Shown: one piece after another, positions 8,652-17,921 of the stretch
How the letters are laid out: each line of letters starts with the position of its first letter
Position numbering within the stretch: the stretch's first letter is position 1
Assembly: GCA_964486505.1 (NCBI GenBank)
Contig: CAZAMC010000001.1
Location: forward strand, 106,133-170,132
Direction: 5' to 3'
Source: an uncultured Gammaproteobacteria bacterium
Lineage (GTDB): Bacteria > Patescibacteriota > Patescibacteriia > PEXW01
Length of the DNA: 64,000 bases
Position numbers and translations under genes: made by a program
The notes under the pieces: generated by a model
Seen by the model: the letters and a program-made list of their open reading frames with translations, nothing else
The model's database searches: none
Told to the model about the DNA's origin: nothing

Positions 8652-10039
8652 AGTGTCTCGTTGCCTACCGCGCTCAATGGTTCACCCACAGGATGGAGCG
8701 AGGCAACGCGTTCAGAGATAACGATGACGTTCTTCATCTTGTACCCGAGTTTGTTGAAGAGCGCGCGAGATTGTATGCCGCGGCGCTGGCCATTTGAAAT
8801 GACGCTAATTCCGCCCTCACCTTGTACGCGCACGAGCTCACCGTCACGGAGCGTGAGCGCGTCACCTTTGGCATACTGGAGAAGTTCGTCATTGGTAATG
8901 GTGACCGTTGCTTTGCGATTGGGGAAGCGGGACTGCAGGATAGCCCGGTCCAGAATTGGGTGCCACACGCCCTGCTCAATCCAGACAATTGCGCTAAGAC
9001 CCTTAATTTTTACTAAGGCGCCCGCCGGGTAGGCGCTGGTATTGGATATTTGGAAGCCATCAAGGTACCCCGCCAGGTCCTCGGCCGTTACATCAATGAC
9101 TTCTTCTGGATTAAAGCCCAGATTTCGAAACACTTCTTCGTCCTGGATGAGTCTCTTCTCATCGCCACTTAGTAGGTAGGTTGCGCCATCCGGCGTGCGG
9201 ACCAGTGAGTAGTTTGGTAGGCGAAGGTCTGCGCCGCGTGGGTACTGCCCCAATGCATCCTGCGTAACTTCCAAAATTTTTGTATAGTCACCAAAACGAG
9301 TGACGAACGCTGAGCGGGTTTGAATTGCCCGGCGGAAACCATTCTGTACTAGCCAGATGGGCCCTTTCTTACCAACGCGAATCAGTGAACCATCGGGGTA
9401 CAGTTTGCTGAACCAGCCCGTATAGAACGTGTAGAAATTGTAGTTTCCGTTGTACACATGGGGGGTGTAGTTGTAGAGCGCAGCCGTAGCTTGCGTCTGG
9501 ACGGCGACCGTTGTTTGGCGAGAGCCACCAAGATCGTTAAAGGTGTACACATTGCCCGCTTTGAAGGTGTAGCGGCCCGGGAAATCCATATACTGCCGGA
9601 ATTGCCAGGTGGCAAAATCCATTTGCCGGTACAAGCCAGCCGCGTTGCCACTGCAGCCACCGCTATCAGGACAGCCGTAGCCCATGGCGTAGTCGTAGGC
9701 CCGTTGGGAAGGGGACTTATGGGTGAGCAAACTCTGTTCTTTCTGCAAAGTAACGAGTATGACTTTTGGGTTAATGTTGTACGCCCGGGCAATTTCGACA
9801 ATCGCATCGCTTACGCGCTTGGTGGTGCCATTAAAATCCTGCACTTGCTTGGCCGTAAGGGTTCCCCCTCGACGGGCAAGAAAAGACTGCACGTCGGGCG
9901 CAGTCATGCTTGTGCTGTCGGTAAATTCCTGGTCGGAAATAATCCAACCAGGGTTGAATGCTGCATGGGTTGCGAACGGAACGCTCAGGCAACCAGCTAC
10001 CGTGACGAGCACGAGCGCTACGCGTTTTCGGCTGTGCAT
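8648..10039 (-). CDS. Secreted protein with lysozyme-like ('hemagglutinin'-annotated) N-domain and four ~60-aa C-terminal repeats
   Basis: Signal peptide; INPKVILVTLQKEQSL, AMGYGCPD, ATAALYNYTPH; repeated YP.G.L.R....G.IW...NG.RR.I unit. Confidence 0.65.
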   Translation of the reverse strand: MHSRKRVALVLVTVAGCLSVPFATHAAFNPGWIISDQEFTDSTSMTAPDVQSFLARRGGTLTAKQVQDFNGTTKRVSDAIVEIARAYNINPKVILVTLQKEQSLLTHKSPSQRAYDYAMGYGCPDSGGCSGNAAGLYRQMDFATWQFRQYMDFPGRYTFKAGNVYTFNDLGGSRQTTVAVQTQATAALYNYTPHVYNGNYNFYTFYTGWFSKLYPDGSLIRVGKKGPIWLVQNGFRRAIQTRSAFVTRFGDYTKILEVTQDALGQYPRGADLRLPNYSLVRTPDGATYLLSGDEKRLIQDEEVFRNLGFNPEEVIDVTAEDLAGYLDGFQISNTSAYPAGALVKIKGLSAIVWIEQGVWHPILDRAILQSRFPNRKATVTITNDELLQYAKGDALTLRDGELVRVQGEGGISVISNGQRRGIQSRALFNKLGYKMKNVIVISERVASLHPVGEPLSAVGNETL

Positions 10040-10121
10040 AGCTTTATGACAGTACCATATTTTTTAAGGGTGCGCAAGCCTGTGTCTTGCAGAAGTACGT
10101 TTTTACGCGCAAGATGCAGCT

Positions 10122-10823
10122 ATGCAGCAAATTACGTATCGCAATGTACGTTTGGATATTGGCGCTTTGACAGAGCTTCGCGTTGCTTTGCTACAGCTGC
10201 TGGTTAAGCCTGTCACGAGCCGAGTGATGACGATCAATCCGGAATACGTTGTCCTGGCCCAGAAGCGGCCAGAATTAACAACACTTACTCATTCCGCCGC
10301 TTTAAGCCTCGTGGACGGCGTTGGATTAGCGTGGGCATTGCACGGGTATGGACACGTTGATCGTTACCCCGGTGCCGACGCCGTGCAGGATGTTTGTAAA
10401 ACCCTTGCGGCCAAGCACGCATTAGTAGGGGTGCTTGTGCCCGTAGGCGGCCTTTCAAAGCCGGAAGACATCCAGCGCCATCTGGAAATGCGTTTTTCAG
10501 GTTTGCGCTGTAGCGTGTGGACCATTAGCCCCGATGTCCAGGAGCGCATCGCGCATGAGAAACCGACAGCGCTATTCGTTACGCTGGGGCAGCCCTTGCA
10601 GGATATATGGGGTGCCGAACATGCAGCCGCGCTAACCGACACCGCTTTGGTCATGGGGGTTGGCGGCGCGATAGATTTTCTCACTGAGGCGCGACGTCGA
10701 GCGCCTCGATTCTTGCGTCGGCTTGGGTTAGAATGGTTGTGGCGTCTCGTCACTCAACCGCGGCGATTCCCACGAATTCTCCGGGCCACGTTTGGATTCT
10801 GGTACACTATACTTTTCCGATGA
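10122..10823 (+). CDS. WecB/TagA/CpsF family glycosyltransferase
   Basis: T.NPE, DGVG, R.PGAD, LG.P.Q, GVGGAIDF, RRAP...GLEWLWRL. Confidence 0.9.
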   Translation: MQQITYRNVRLDIGALTELRVALLQLLVKPVTSRVMTINPEYVVLAQKRPELTTLTHSAALSLVDGVGLAWALHGYGHVDRYPGADAVQDVCKTLAAKHALVGVLVPVGGLSKPEDIQRHLEMRFSGLRCSVWTISPDVQERIAHEKPTALFVTLGQPLQDIWGAEHAAALTDTALVMGVGGAIDFLTEARRRAPRFLRRLGLEWLWRLVTQPRRFPRILRATFGFWYTILFR

Positions 10824-12271
10824 ACTCTGTCCGCGTTCGATTTGCCCCATCACCAACCGGCCGCTTGCACATTGGAGGCTTGCGGAGCGCCCTCTACAAC
10901 TACCTTTTTGCGAAGAAGCAGAATGGAGTCTTCATATTGCGCATCGAGGACACGGATAGGAAGCGGCTTGTGCCGGGAGCGGTTGAAGATATTGTTGATA
11001 CGTTGCAGGCGTACGGCCTCACTCCGGATGAAGGCCCTGTGCGACGTGATGGAAAAATTATTGAACAAGGCACACATGGCCCTTACGTACAGTCACAGCG
11101 ACTCACCCTCTACCAAGAGGCGGTCCAGGTGTTGCTGGAACAGGGGAGTGCATACCCTTGCTTCTGTAGTGCAGAGCGTTTAGCTAAGCTTCGGGAAAGC
11201 CAGGAGCAGCAGCACCTCCCACCCGGGTATGATGGGCACTGCCGAGAAGTACTACCTGACGATGCGCAGAAACGACGGCACGCGGGGGAAACATGCGTGA
11301 TTCGTTTCCGGGTTCCGCACGAGGGCACCACTACTGCGCAGGATGTTGTGCGTGGCACCGTGCAATTCCGGAATGCACTCCTCGAAGATGCCGTGCTCAT
11401 GAAGTCTGACGGTTATCCAACCTACCACCTAGCGAATGTGGTGGATGATCACGCCATGGAAATTTCCCACGTCATTCGCGCCGAAGAGTGGCTTTCATCT
11501 TTGCCGCTCCACCTCTTGCTGTACCAAGCGTTTGGTTGGAATCCACCAACGTTTGCTCACCTGCCCCACGTTCTGGGCGCGGGCAGGAAAAAGCTTTCAA
11601 AGCGCGATGGCGATACCGCTGCTGGTGACTACCTAAAAGAATACCTCCCCAGGGCGGTTCTGAACTTCATTGCCTTGCTGGGCTGGAATCCGAAAACGAA
11701 TAAGGAGTACTACCCCACAGTTGAAGAGCTCGTCGCCGATTTTGATTTAGCCAAGGTGAATAAGTCGGGAGCGATATTTGATGTGCAGAAACTAACCCAC
11801 CTGCACCAGTTGCACTTACGCGCCACTCCGGTGGATGAGATTCGCACTGCTGCGCAGCTTCCATGTACCGCGGAGGAAGCTCGACGGTACCTTCCACTTG
11901 TGTTGGAACGGGCCGAGCGACTTTCCGATCTCGCTCCAGCCATTGCGTATCTCATTGGCAATGTACCTGAGTACGACGCAGACCTCCTCATCCCAAAGCA
12001 GGGGAGTAGGGAGAATACAAAAAACATCCTCAAGGATACTGCAGCATGGTTAACGTCGTTACCGCAAAGTGTCTGGGGCAACGCTGCAGAAATGCGGGAG
12101 CGCTGCTTGCAGTGGATAATCGAGAGGAAGCGCACAAACCAGGAGACCCTTTGGCCCTTGCGGGTCGCGCTCACGGGGTCACGCACTAGCCCTGACGTAT
12201 TTGATAGCGCCGTTGCCCTGGGTTCGGAACGGACCGTAGAGCGGGTTCAGGCAGCTTTAGCGCGGTTATAG
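10820..12271 (+). CDS. gltX: Glutamate--tRNA ligase
   Basis: RFAPSPTG.LHIGG, LRIEDTD, KLSKR motifs; ATG at 10820. Confidence 0.97.
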   Translation: MNSVRVRFAPSPTGRLHIGGLRSALYNYLFAKKQNGVFILRIEDTDRKRLVPGAVEDIVDTLQAYGLTPDEGPVRRDGKIIEQGTHGPYVQSQRLTLYQEAVQVLLEQGSAYPCFCSAERLAKLRESQEQQHLPPGYDGHCREVLPDDAQKRRHAGETCVIRFRVPHEGTTTAQDVVRGTVQFRNALLEDAVLMKSDGYPTYHLANVVDDHAMEISHVIRAEEWLSSLPLHLLLYQAFGWNPPTFAHLPHVLGAGRKKLSKRDGDTAAGDYLKEYLPRAVLNFIALLGWNPKTNKEYYPTVEELVADFDLAKVNKSGAIFDVQKLTHLHQLHLRATPVDEIRTAAQLPCTAEEARRYLPLVLERAERLSDLAPAIAYLIGNVPEYDADLLIPKQGSRENTKNILKDTAAWLTSLPQSVWGNAAEMRERCLQWIIERKRTNQETLWPLRVALTGSRTSPDVFDSAVALGSERTVERVQAALARL

Positions 12272-12272
12272 C

Positions 12273-12301
12273 TTGCAAAAACGTAGGAAACATGCTATAG
12301 T
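12273..12301 (+). promoter_or_regulatory. Sigma70-type promoter of the M23 gene
   Basis: TTGCAA-N17-TATAGT with extended TG, 9 nt before the ATG. Confidence 0.6.
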
Positions 12302-12310
12302 GGCTCCGCT

Positions 12311-13582
12311 ATGGCGAAACAGAAAGTAACACTACGTTTACTCGTCATACTCACGCTCACTACAGGCGTGGTTTTTGGCATGCCGAAAATTGGGCGGGTG
12401 CAGGAAGCCCCAGCCTCGACCGTGAGCACAGTACCCGCCTCGGTAGAGGAACTGAATCGTGCAATAGAGGAAAAGCAGCAGCAGCAAAAATTACTTCAAC
12501 AGCGAGCAGAGGAGTATGCCAATATTGTGGCTCAAAAGCAGAAAGTAGCGGCTAGCTTGCAGAATGAGCTCTCCCTCCTCGATGCACAGGTGGCGAAAAG
12601 TGAGTTAGACCTTCAAGCTCTAGACTTTTCAGTAGAGGAGAAACGTTTAGAGATTCAAGCTGCCCAGCATGGCATTAACGAAGCGCAGGGTGCAATTGAC
12701 CAGCAGCAAAGCTACCTCGCAGATTTAGTGCGTACGTTGTACCGCTACGATCAGAAGGACACGCTGGAACTGCTTGTAGCGCACGATTCTTTTTCAGAAA
12801 TAGTACAGGATGTTCGAGCAGCTACTTCTCTTGAGCAAAAGGTGCAAAGCGCGCTCGACACGGTACAAGAGAAAAAGGCAAACCTGGAGCGCGAGAAGTC
12901 TGATCGGGAACTCCGTAAACTTGAACTAGAAAATCTTCAGAAGGAAGTGGCGCAGGCCACAGAAGCACTTGACGCGCAGCGGGAATACAAGACAACGGTT
13001 CTTACCGAAACTCGTTCGGATGAGCAGCAGTACAATCAACTTCTTGAACAATCAAAACAAGAGCAACTCGCTGCGGATACTGACATTCGTTCGCTAGAAG
13101 AGCAGGTAAAATCAAAACTTGGGGGCACAGCAAACACCAATTCAAACCCCACGATATTTACTGGTAATCGAAATGTTCAACTCGCTTGGCCCGTATCACC
13201 AGCGAAAGGTATTAGTGCGTACTTCCATGACCCGAGTTACCCGTACCGCCGCTACTTCGAACACCCGGCTGTAGACATTCCCACACCCCAAGGGACGGCA
13301 ATTAGTTCCCCAGATGATGCCTACGTCGCCCGGGCGAAAAATGGGGGATTGGGGTATAGCTACATCCTTCTGGTTCACTCAAACAGCATCTCCACAGTCT
13401 ATGGACACGTGAGTCAGATTAATGTTGCTGAAGACACCTTTGTGAAGAAGGGGCAGATCATTGGTCTATCTGGCGGGATGCCGGGCACCCCTGGAGCAGG
13501 TCGTTTAACAACCGGGGCCCACTTGCACTTCGAAGTTCGTTTAAATGGTATCCCAGTAAACCCTCTCGACTACTTACCGTAG
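12311..13582 (+). CDS. Coiled-coil + M23 peptidase (EnvC-like murein hydrolase/activator)
   Basis: Long coiled coil; HPAVD (HxxxD), YGH, HLHFEVR motifs. Confidence 0.9.
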   Translation: MAKQKVTLRLLVILTLTTGVVFGMPKIGRVQEAPASTVSTVPASVEELNRAIEEKQQQQKLLQQRAEEYANIVAQKQKVAASLQNELSLLDAQVAKSELDLQALDFSVEEKRLEIQAAQHGINEAQGAIDQQQSYLADLVRTLYRYDQKDTLELLVAHDSFSEIVQDVRAATSLEQKVQSALDTVQEKKANLEREKSDRELRKLELENLQKEVAQATEALDAQREYKTTVLTETRSDEQQYNQLLEQSKQEQLAADTDIRSLEEQVKSKLGGTANTNSNPTIFTGNRNVQLAWPVSPAKGISAYFHDPSYPYRRYFEHPAVDIPTPQGTAISSPDDAYVARAKNGGLGYSYILLVHSNSISTVYGHVSQINVAEDTFVKKGQIIGLSGGMPGTPGAGRLTTGAHLHFEVRLNGIPVNPLDYLP

Positions 13583-13676
13583 GGGAGCCTGTTAGAGGAG
13601 GTTTCATAAAGTAGTCATGAGTCGCACAATATATCTTAGGCGAATCATGATAAGCCATAAAGCTGCTCTTGGCCTG

Positions 13677-14123
13677 CTACGCGCTGTGTATCCCAATAAG
13701 TATCAGTAGCAATATCCAGACGAAAAACGCCTGTATTGCCAATCCTGGGCCTTTAGCGACCTCCCACTGTACGAGATTATGAAGCCGGAAGTAAAGACGA
13801 AGCTTCTTGGACCATGGCCGCTGGTGACTGAAGAGCGTCAGAAAATCTGGCAGGCTTGCCCAGCCGACGCCCCAGGCCACCAGAAGCCACTGACTTTTAA
13901 AGGCGGCCAGGAGTAAACCGGTAACAAGGACTGTTGCGGCCATGTCTGGGCCAAAGGCTTGCCAGAAACTTTTGAGACTTCGTTCTTTAGGAACAGGAAA
14001 ATTCCAGTGCGGTACAGCGTCGAGGATAAGATGTGTCGCAAAAGCAAGAGGGGCGCTAAGCACTGGGTTTTGCACAGCCAGCCCTATCGTTGCACCCGCA
14101 ATGACATGCGCGACAAGGAGCAT
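13677..14123 (-). CDS. Membrane protein, putative metal-dependent hydrolase (YdjM-like)
   Basis: H..AG, THLILDAVPH, LPD and H...Q conserved residues within TM helices. Confidence 0.55.
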   Translation of the reverse strand: MLLVAHVIAGATIGLAVQNPVLSAPLAFATHLILDAVPHWNFPVPKERSLKSFWQAFGPDMAATVLVTGLLLAAFKSQWLLVAWGVGWASLPDFLTLFSHQRPWSKKLRLYFRLHNLVQWEVAKGPGLAIQAFFVWILLLILIGIHSA

Positions 14124-14124
14124 G

Positions 14125-14937
14125 TTACTTTATGTAGACGCGAGCCGGCACAGAGACATCCACGTATTCAAATTTCTTCCCGCGGAGTTTTTGGTCGTAC
14201 GAAATGAGGAAGGCTTGAACTTGGCGGGTGGTATCACCTAGCCGGTCAGCGACAATATCCCAATCCCCTTCTGCGTGAAAGCGAACTGTTGGGTCGGGGG
14301 GTAGGCTAAGCGTGATGGTAGTAATTTCAAAGGCTGGATTGGCACGCTCGCGGAGTTCTTGTAAGAAATTCCACAGGAACGCCGCATCAGAAGTGGAAAG
14401 AATACTTTGGCCAAGTTCCAGTTTCTCGGGAATAGACGAAAGGCTGAGAGCAGGTGTATGCGGAAGCGGGCCAGTTAGAACAGTAGATACAACCCCGGTG
14501 CGATCGACACTATAGAGCCCGGTTGGATGAGAGATTGAAAAAGCGGGCGACTCTTCAACAAGCGTGAGCTTTAGAGTATCGGGAAGTGAGCGCTCAACGT
14601 GGAGTTCAGAAAAGATCCATTTTTCCCGCAGCCGACGTTCAAAGGCTCGCGTATCAAAGGCCCACAAGGAGTCCTGCTTAAAGAATAGCAGCCAGCGTGA
14701 CTGCATCTGCGCTCGGGTAAGCGCCCGAAGTGACTCGAGGGGTAACGTGTATTCTCCTTGCACCTTGAGCGTATGTAATTGCCAGCTGGGCAACCCGTAT
14801 ACGAGATATGCACCAGCCGCTACAAGACCTGCAGCAAACACGAGGAGAATCCACCGGTGCCGGAGGAGCCACGGCTGATTCGGGGTCTGGGCGAAGAGTG
14901 GATTTCGGTAGGTGGTAGGAGAACGTCGAAAGCGCAT
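14125..14937 (-). CDS. ftsQ: Cell division protein FtsQ/DivIB-like
   Basis: Basic N-terminus, single TM, POTRA-like segment (V.R.LP.TL...L.E), C-terminal EYVD...P.RVY. Confidence 0.7.
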   Translation of the reverse strand: MRFRRSPTTYRNPLFAQTPNQPWLLRHRWILLVFAAGLVAAGAYLVYGLPSWQLHTLKVQGEYTLPLESLRALTRAQMQSRWLLFFKQDSLWAFDTRAFERRLREKWIFSELHVERSLPDTLKLTLVEESPAFSISHPTGLYSVDRTGVVSTVLTGPLPHTPALSLSSIPEKLELGQSILSTSDAAFLWNFLQELRERANPAFEITTITLSLPPDPTVRFHAEGDWDIVADRLGDTTRQVQAFLISYDQKLRGKKFEYVDVSVPARVYIK

Positions 14938-14938
14938 G

Positions 14939-16057
14939 CTAGCGGGTAAGGCTGCGAGGGATTTGCGGGTGTAGGCGGGTAAGCACCTCGTAGACAATGG
15001 TACCACTCTGCTGGGCCATGAGTTCCGCCGGTACATCTGGGCCTATGAGTGATACCCGTGTACCAGTACGGGCACCAGGAACGTTGCTCACGTCAACCAT
15101 GGAGAGATTCATGCAGATTCGACCGCGGATTGGCGCTCGGTGTTGTCCAATGTGCACAACGCCACGGTTAGAGAGAGAGCGGTCAAAACCATCCCAGTAG
15201 CCCACCGGGATCACGCCAATTCGTCCAGGCCGTATAAAACGGTAGGTTCGATTGTAGCCCACAGATGTTCCAGCATTTACAGCCTTTACCTGTACGAGCT
15301 GAGTGTCCCAACGGAGCGCTGGGCGGAGCCGGAAACCCGGGTACCGTTTGTGGACCCGCGTGGGGTCGGCTACTGTCCAAACACCGTAGAGGGACATGCC
15401 GATGCGAACCATGTTGAGGTCGGCATCTGGGTGCACAAGCGTTCCGGCTGAGCAGTTCATGTGTTTTATGAGACATTCCCCTACCCCGCTTTCGAGAGTA
15501 GATGCAAGTGTCGTAAAACGCTCATGCTGCAGTTGAGAAAAGTTTTGGTCTCGGGTTTCGACCTCGGCAAAATGACTGTACACACCCTCCACATGAACGT
15601 GTGGGAGACGCCTTAACGTTTGGATGAGTTGTGGCAGCTCCTTTGGCAGAAAGCCAACGCGCGTGGTGCCGGTATCCAGTTTCACGTGTACGCGTACAGC
15701 TTGTTTCACTTTTTTTCCAAGGCGTTCGTACATGTGTAACATGGCAAGGCTATACGCTGGAAAGCGAATGTTTACGCGTATCGCTTTTTCGAGGTCGGCT
15801 GTCTCTCCATCGAGGTAACTGAGAACCAGAATGGGTTTAGAAACGAGATGCTGGAGAACGAGGGCTTCTTGCACACCGGCGACGCCAAACCATTGTGCCC
15901 CCGCCTGTGCAAATACTCGGGCGCACAGCTCCATGCCATGCCCGTACGCGTTACCCTTTACCACGGCCATGAGCTGGGTTTCCTTTGGCAGAATACGCCG
16001 AAACGCGCGCACGTTGTGTGCGAGGGCTGATCGAGAAATGCGAATAACAGACTGCAT
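14939..16057 (-). CDS. alr: Alanine racemase
   Basis: AVVKGNAYGHG PLP-lysine motif, HVKLDTG..R.G, VGYN, GY.DG, GRICM. Confidence 0.95.
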   Translation of the reverse strand: MQSVIRISRSALAHNVRAFRRILPKETQLMAVVKGNAYGHGMELCARVFAQAGAQWFGVAGVQEALVLQHLVSKPILVLSYLDGETADLEKAIRVNIRFPAYSLAMLHMYERLGKKVKQAVRVHVKLDTGTTRVGFLPKELPQLIQTLRRLPHVHVEGVYSHFAEVETRDQNFSQLQHERFTTLASTLESGVGECLIKHMNCSAGTLVHPDADLNMVRIGMSLYGVWTVADPTRVHKRYPGFRLRPALRWDTQLVQVKAVNAGTSVGYNRTYRFIRPGRIGVIPVGYWDGFDRSLSNRGVVHIGQHRAPIRGRICMNLSMVDVSNVPGARTGTRVSLIGPDVPAELMAQQSGTIVYEVLTRLHPQIPRSLTR

Positions 16058-16066
16058 GGGCAGTGC

Positions 16067-17350
16067 CTAGGCCTTCGCGATGCGCGTTTGACCGTGCATG
16101 TAGGGCTGGAGCACGTCTGGAATGCGCACGCTGCCATCGGTCTGCTGGTAATTCTCAAGGATTGCAATGATCATCCGGCCAATGGCAAACGCGGTGCCGT
16201 TTAGCAGGTGAGCACTAACGTTCTTGCCATCCTTGCCCTTTACCCGAATGTTCAGCGCTCGAGCTTGGTAATCGGTGGTATTGGAGGTGGAATGGGTTTC
16301 ACGGTACTCACCAGCGCCACCATTCTGGCCCGGCAGCCAGCACTCGATATCGTAGGTTTTTGCCGACGGGAAGCCGAGATCACCGGTGCAGAGCTGAACA
16401 ACACGGTAGGGTATGCCGAGTCCTTTCACCAGTTTTTCCTGCAGTGAAAGAATCTCCTGATGCAACGTTTCGGAGTGCTCTGGGGAACAGACAATGAACA
16501 TTTCTACCTTATCAAACTGGTGCACACGGAGGATGCCCTTGGTATCTTTCCCGTAGCTCCCGGCTTCACGTCGAAAGCAGGAAGAAAAAGCGGCGTACTT
16601 CTTCGGTAGCGCTGAGGTTAGCAGAACTTCATCGGCGTGGTACGGCCCCACCGATTGTTCCGAGGTGCCCACGATGTACTGCTGGTCTTTTTCCAGGGCG
16701 TAGACCTCGTCGGCGCCGCCTTGCGCAAGGTAGCCCATCGCCTCCATGTACTGCTGCTTAATAATAACTGGTGGAACGACAGCGGTGTAACCGGCACGTG
16801 TGAGTTCACCCATGGCGTATTGCACCAGGGCAAACTCTAGAAGGGCGCCCGCGCCTTTTAAGTAGCCAAAACGGCTTCCCGAAACCTTTGCGGCGCGTTG
16901 CACATCGATGATATCAAGGGCCTCTGCCAGGGTGAGGTAGTCTAAAGCCTTTCCGTGATTACTCCGCTCCCCTACTTCGCGCAGGATGACGTTTGCCGAT
17001 GCATCAGGCCCCACCGGAACGTCTGGCAGCGGGATATTCGGCAGCACTAATGTTTGATCCTTTTCAAATGCAGCCAGTTGGTCCAAGGTTTTGGCGGCGG
17101 CGGTTTGCTTTGCTGAAAGGTCTTTAAGGGTTTTCAGTGCCGCTTTTCTTTCTGCCCCGGTTTGGGTTGGGATAAGGCGCTCTAGCTTCTTCTGTTCGGC
17201 CCGTGCCTGCTCATCGGCCTGGAGCGCCTCAGTGTATTTTTCAAGCTGCATCAGGAAGTGCTGGGCCAGTGTGCCAAACTTCTTTCCGCGCTTTTCCAAA
17301 GCGGCAATGTACTCTTCAGGATGTTTCCGTAATTCTCGGAGATCAATCAT
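16067..17350 (-). CDS. serS: Serine--tRNA ligase
   Basis: GTSE, CFRREAGSYGKDT.G..RVHQF.KVE, NGTA.A..R. Confidence 0.97.
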   Translation of the reverse strand: MIDLRELRKHPEEYIAALEKRGKKFGTLAQHFLMQLEKYTEALQADEQARAEQKKLERLIPTQTGAERKAALKTLKDLSAKQTAAAKTLDQLAAFEKDQTLVLPNIPLPDVPVGPDASANVILREVGERSNHGKALDYLTLAEALDIIDVQRAAKVSGSRFGYLKGAGALLEFALVQYAMGELTRAGYTAVVPPVIIKQQYMEAMGYLAQGGADEVYALEKDQQYIVGTSEQSVGPYHADEVLLTSALPKKYAAFSSCFRREAGSYGKDTKGILRVHQFDKVEMFIVCSPEHSETLHQEILSLQEKLVKGLGIPYRVVQLCTGDLGFPSAKTYDIECWLPGQNGGAGEYRETHSTSNTTDYQARALNIRVKGKDGKNVSAHLLNGTAFAIGRMIIAILENYQQTDGSVRIPDVLQPYMHGQTRIAKA

Positions 17351-17360
17351 GGCTGTAGAA

Positions 17361-17921
17361 TTAGAGACCGAGGGTAGAAGCGATGCCTTGCACTGCTTCC
17401 AAGGTCAGACGAACATGCTCGTCGAGCGGGCGCTGAAGTTCTTGGGCGCCTTGCGTTATCTCTTCGCGCTTCACCTGCCGGGCAAATCCTTTCTCTTTTA
17501 GCTTCTTGAGAACCGTTGCTACCGATACTTCGCTGAGTTTCTTGTTGGGCCGGACTAGCGCCACGGCAATAATGAAGCCACAGAGCTCATCAACTGCGAA
17601 AATAGCTTTCTTCGCTAAGGAATCTCGCGGTTCACCTGTATGCGGCGCATGGGCCAGGATTGTAGCGATGAATGCCTCTGGGTATCCCTGACCTCGGAGC
17701 GCTTCCGCGCCTTTAAAAGGGTGGTCGGCAATCGTTGGGTAGCGCTCATAGTCGAAGTCGTGCAGCAGCCCCACTTGACCCCAGAACTCCTCATCTTCGC
17801 CGTAGTGCTTCGCGTATGCACGCATGGCCGCTTCGACTGCGAACATGTGCTTTCGAAGATTGACATTCTGCACCCAGGTTTCTAAAAGCGACAAACTTGC
17901 AGCCCGAGGCGGGAGGCTCAT
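17361..17921 (-). CDS. HD/HDIG-domain metal-dependent hydrolase
   Basis: H...V, GLLHDFDYE, H, DEL.G motifs. Confidence 0.85.
   Translation of the reverse strand: MSLPPRAASLSLLETWVQNVNLRKHMFAVEAAMRAYAKHYGEDEEFWGQVGLLHDFDYERYPTIADHPFKGAEALRGQGYPEAFIATILAHAPHTGEPRDSLAKKAIFAVDELCGFIIAVALVRPNKKLSEVSVATVLKKLKEKGFARQVKREEITQGAQELQRPLDEHVRLTLEAVQGIASTLGL

Noticed and set aside
13583-13676. Possible IS5-like end (GAGCCTGTT) and imperfect palindrome TCATGAGTCGC...GCGAATCATGA (13615-13650) between convergent genes
   Set aside because: No matching second terminal repeat or transposase; more simply a weak terminator or chance match
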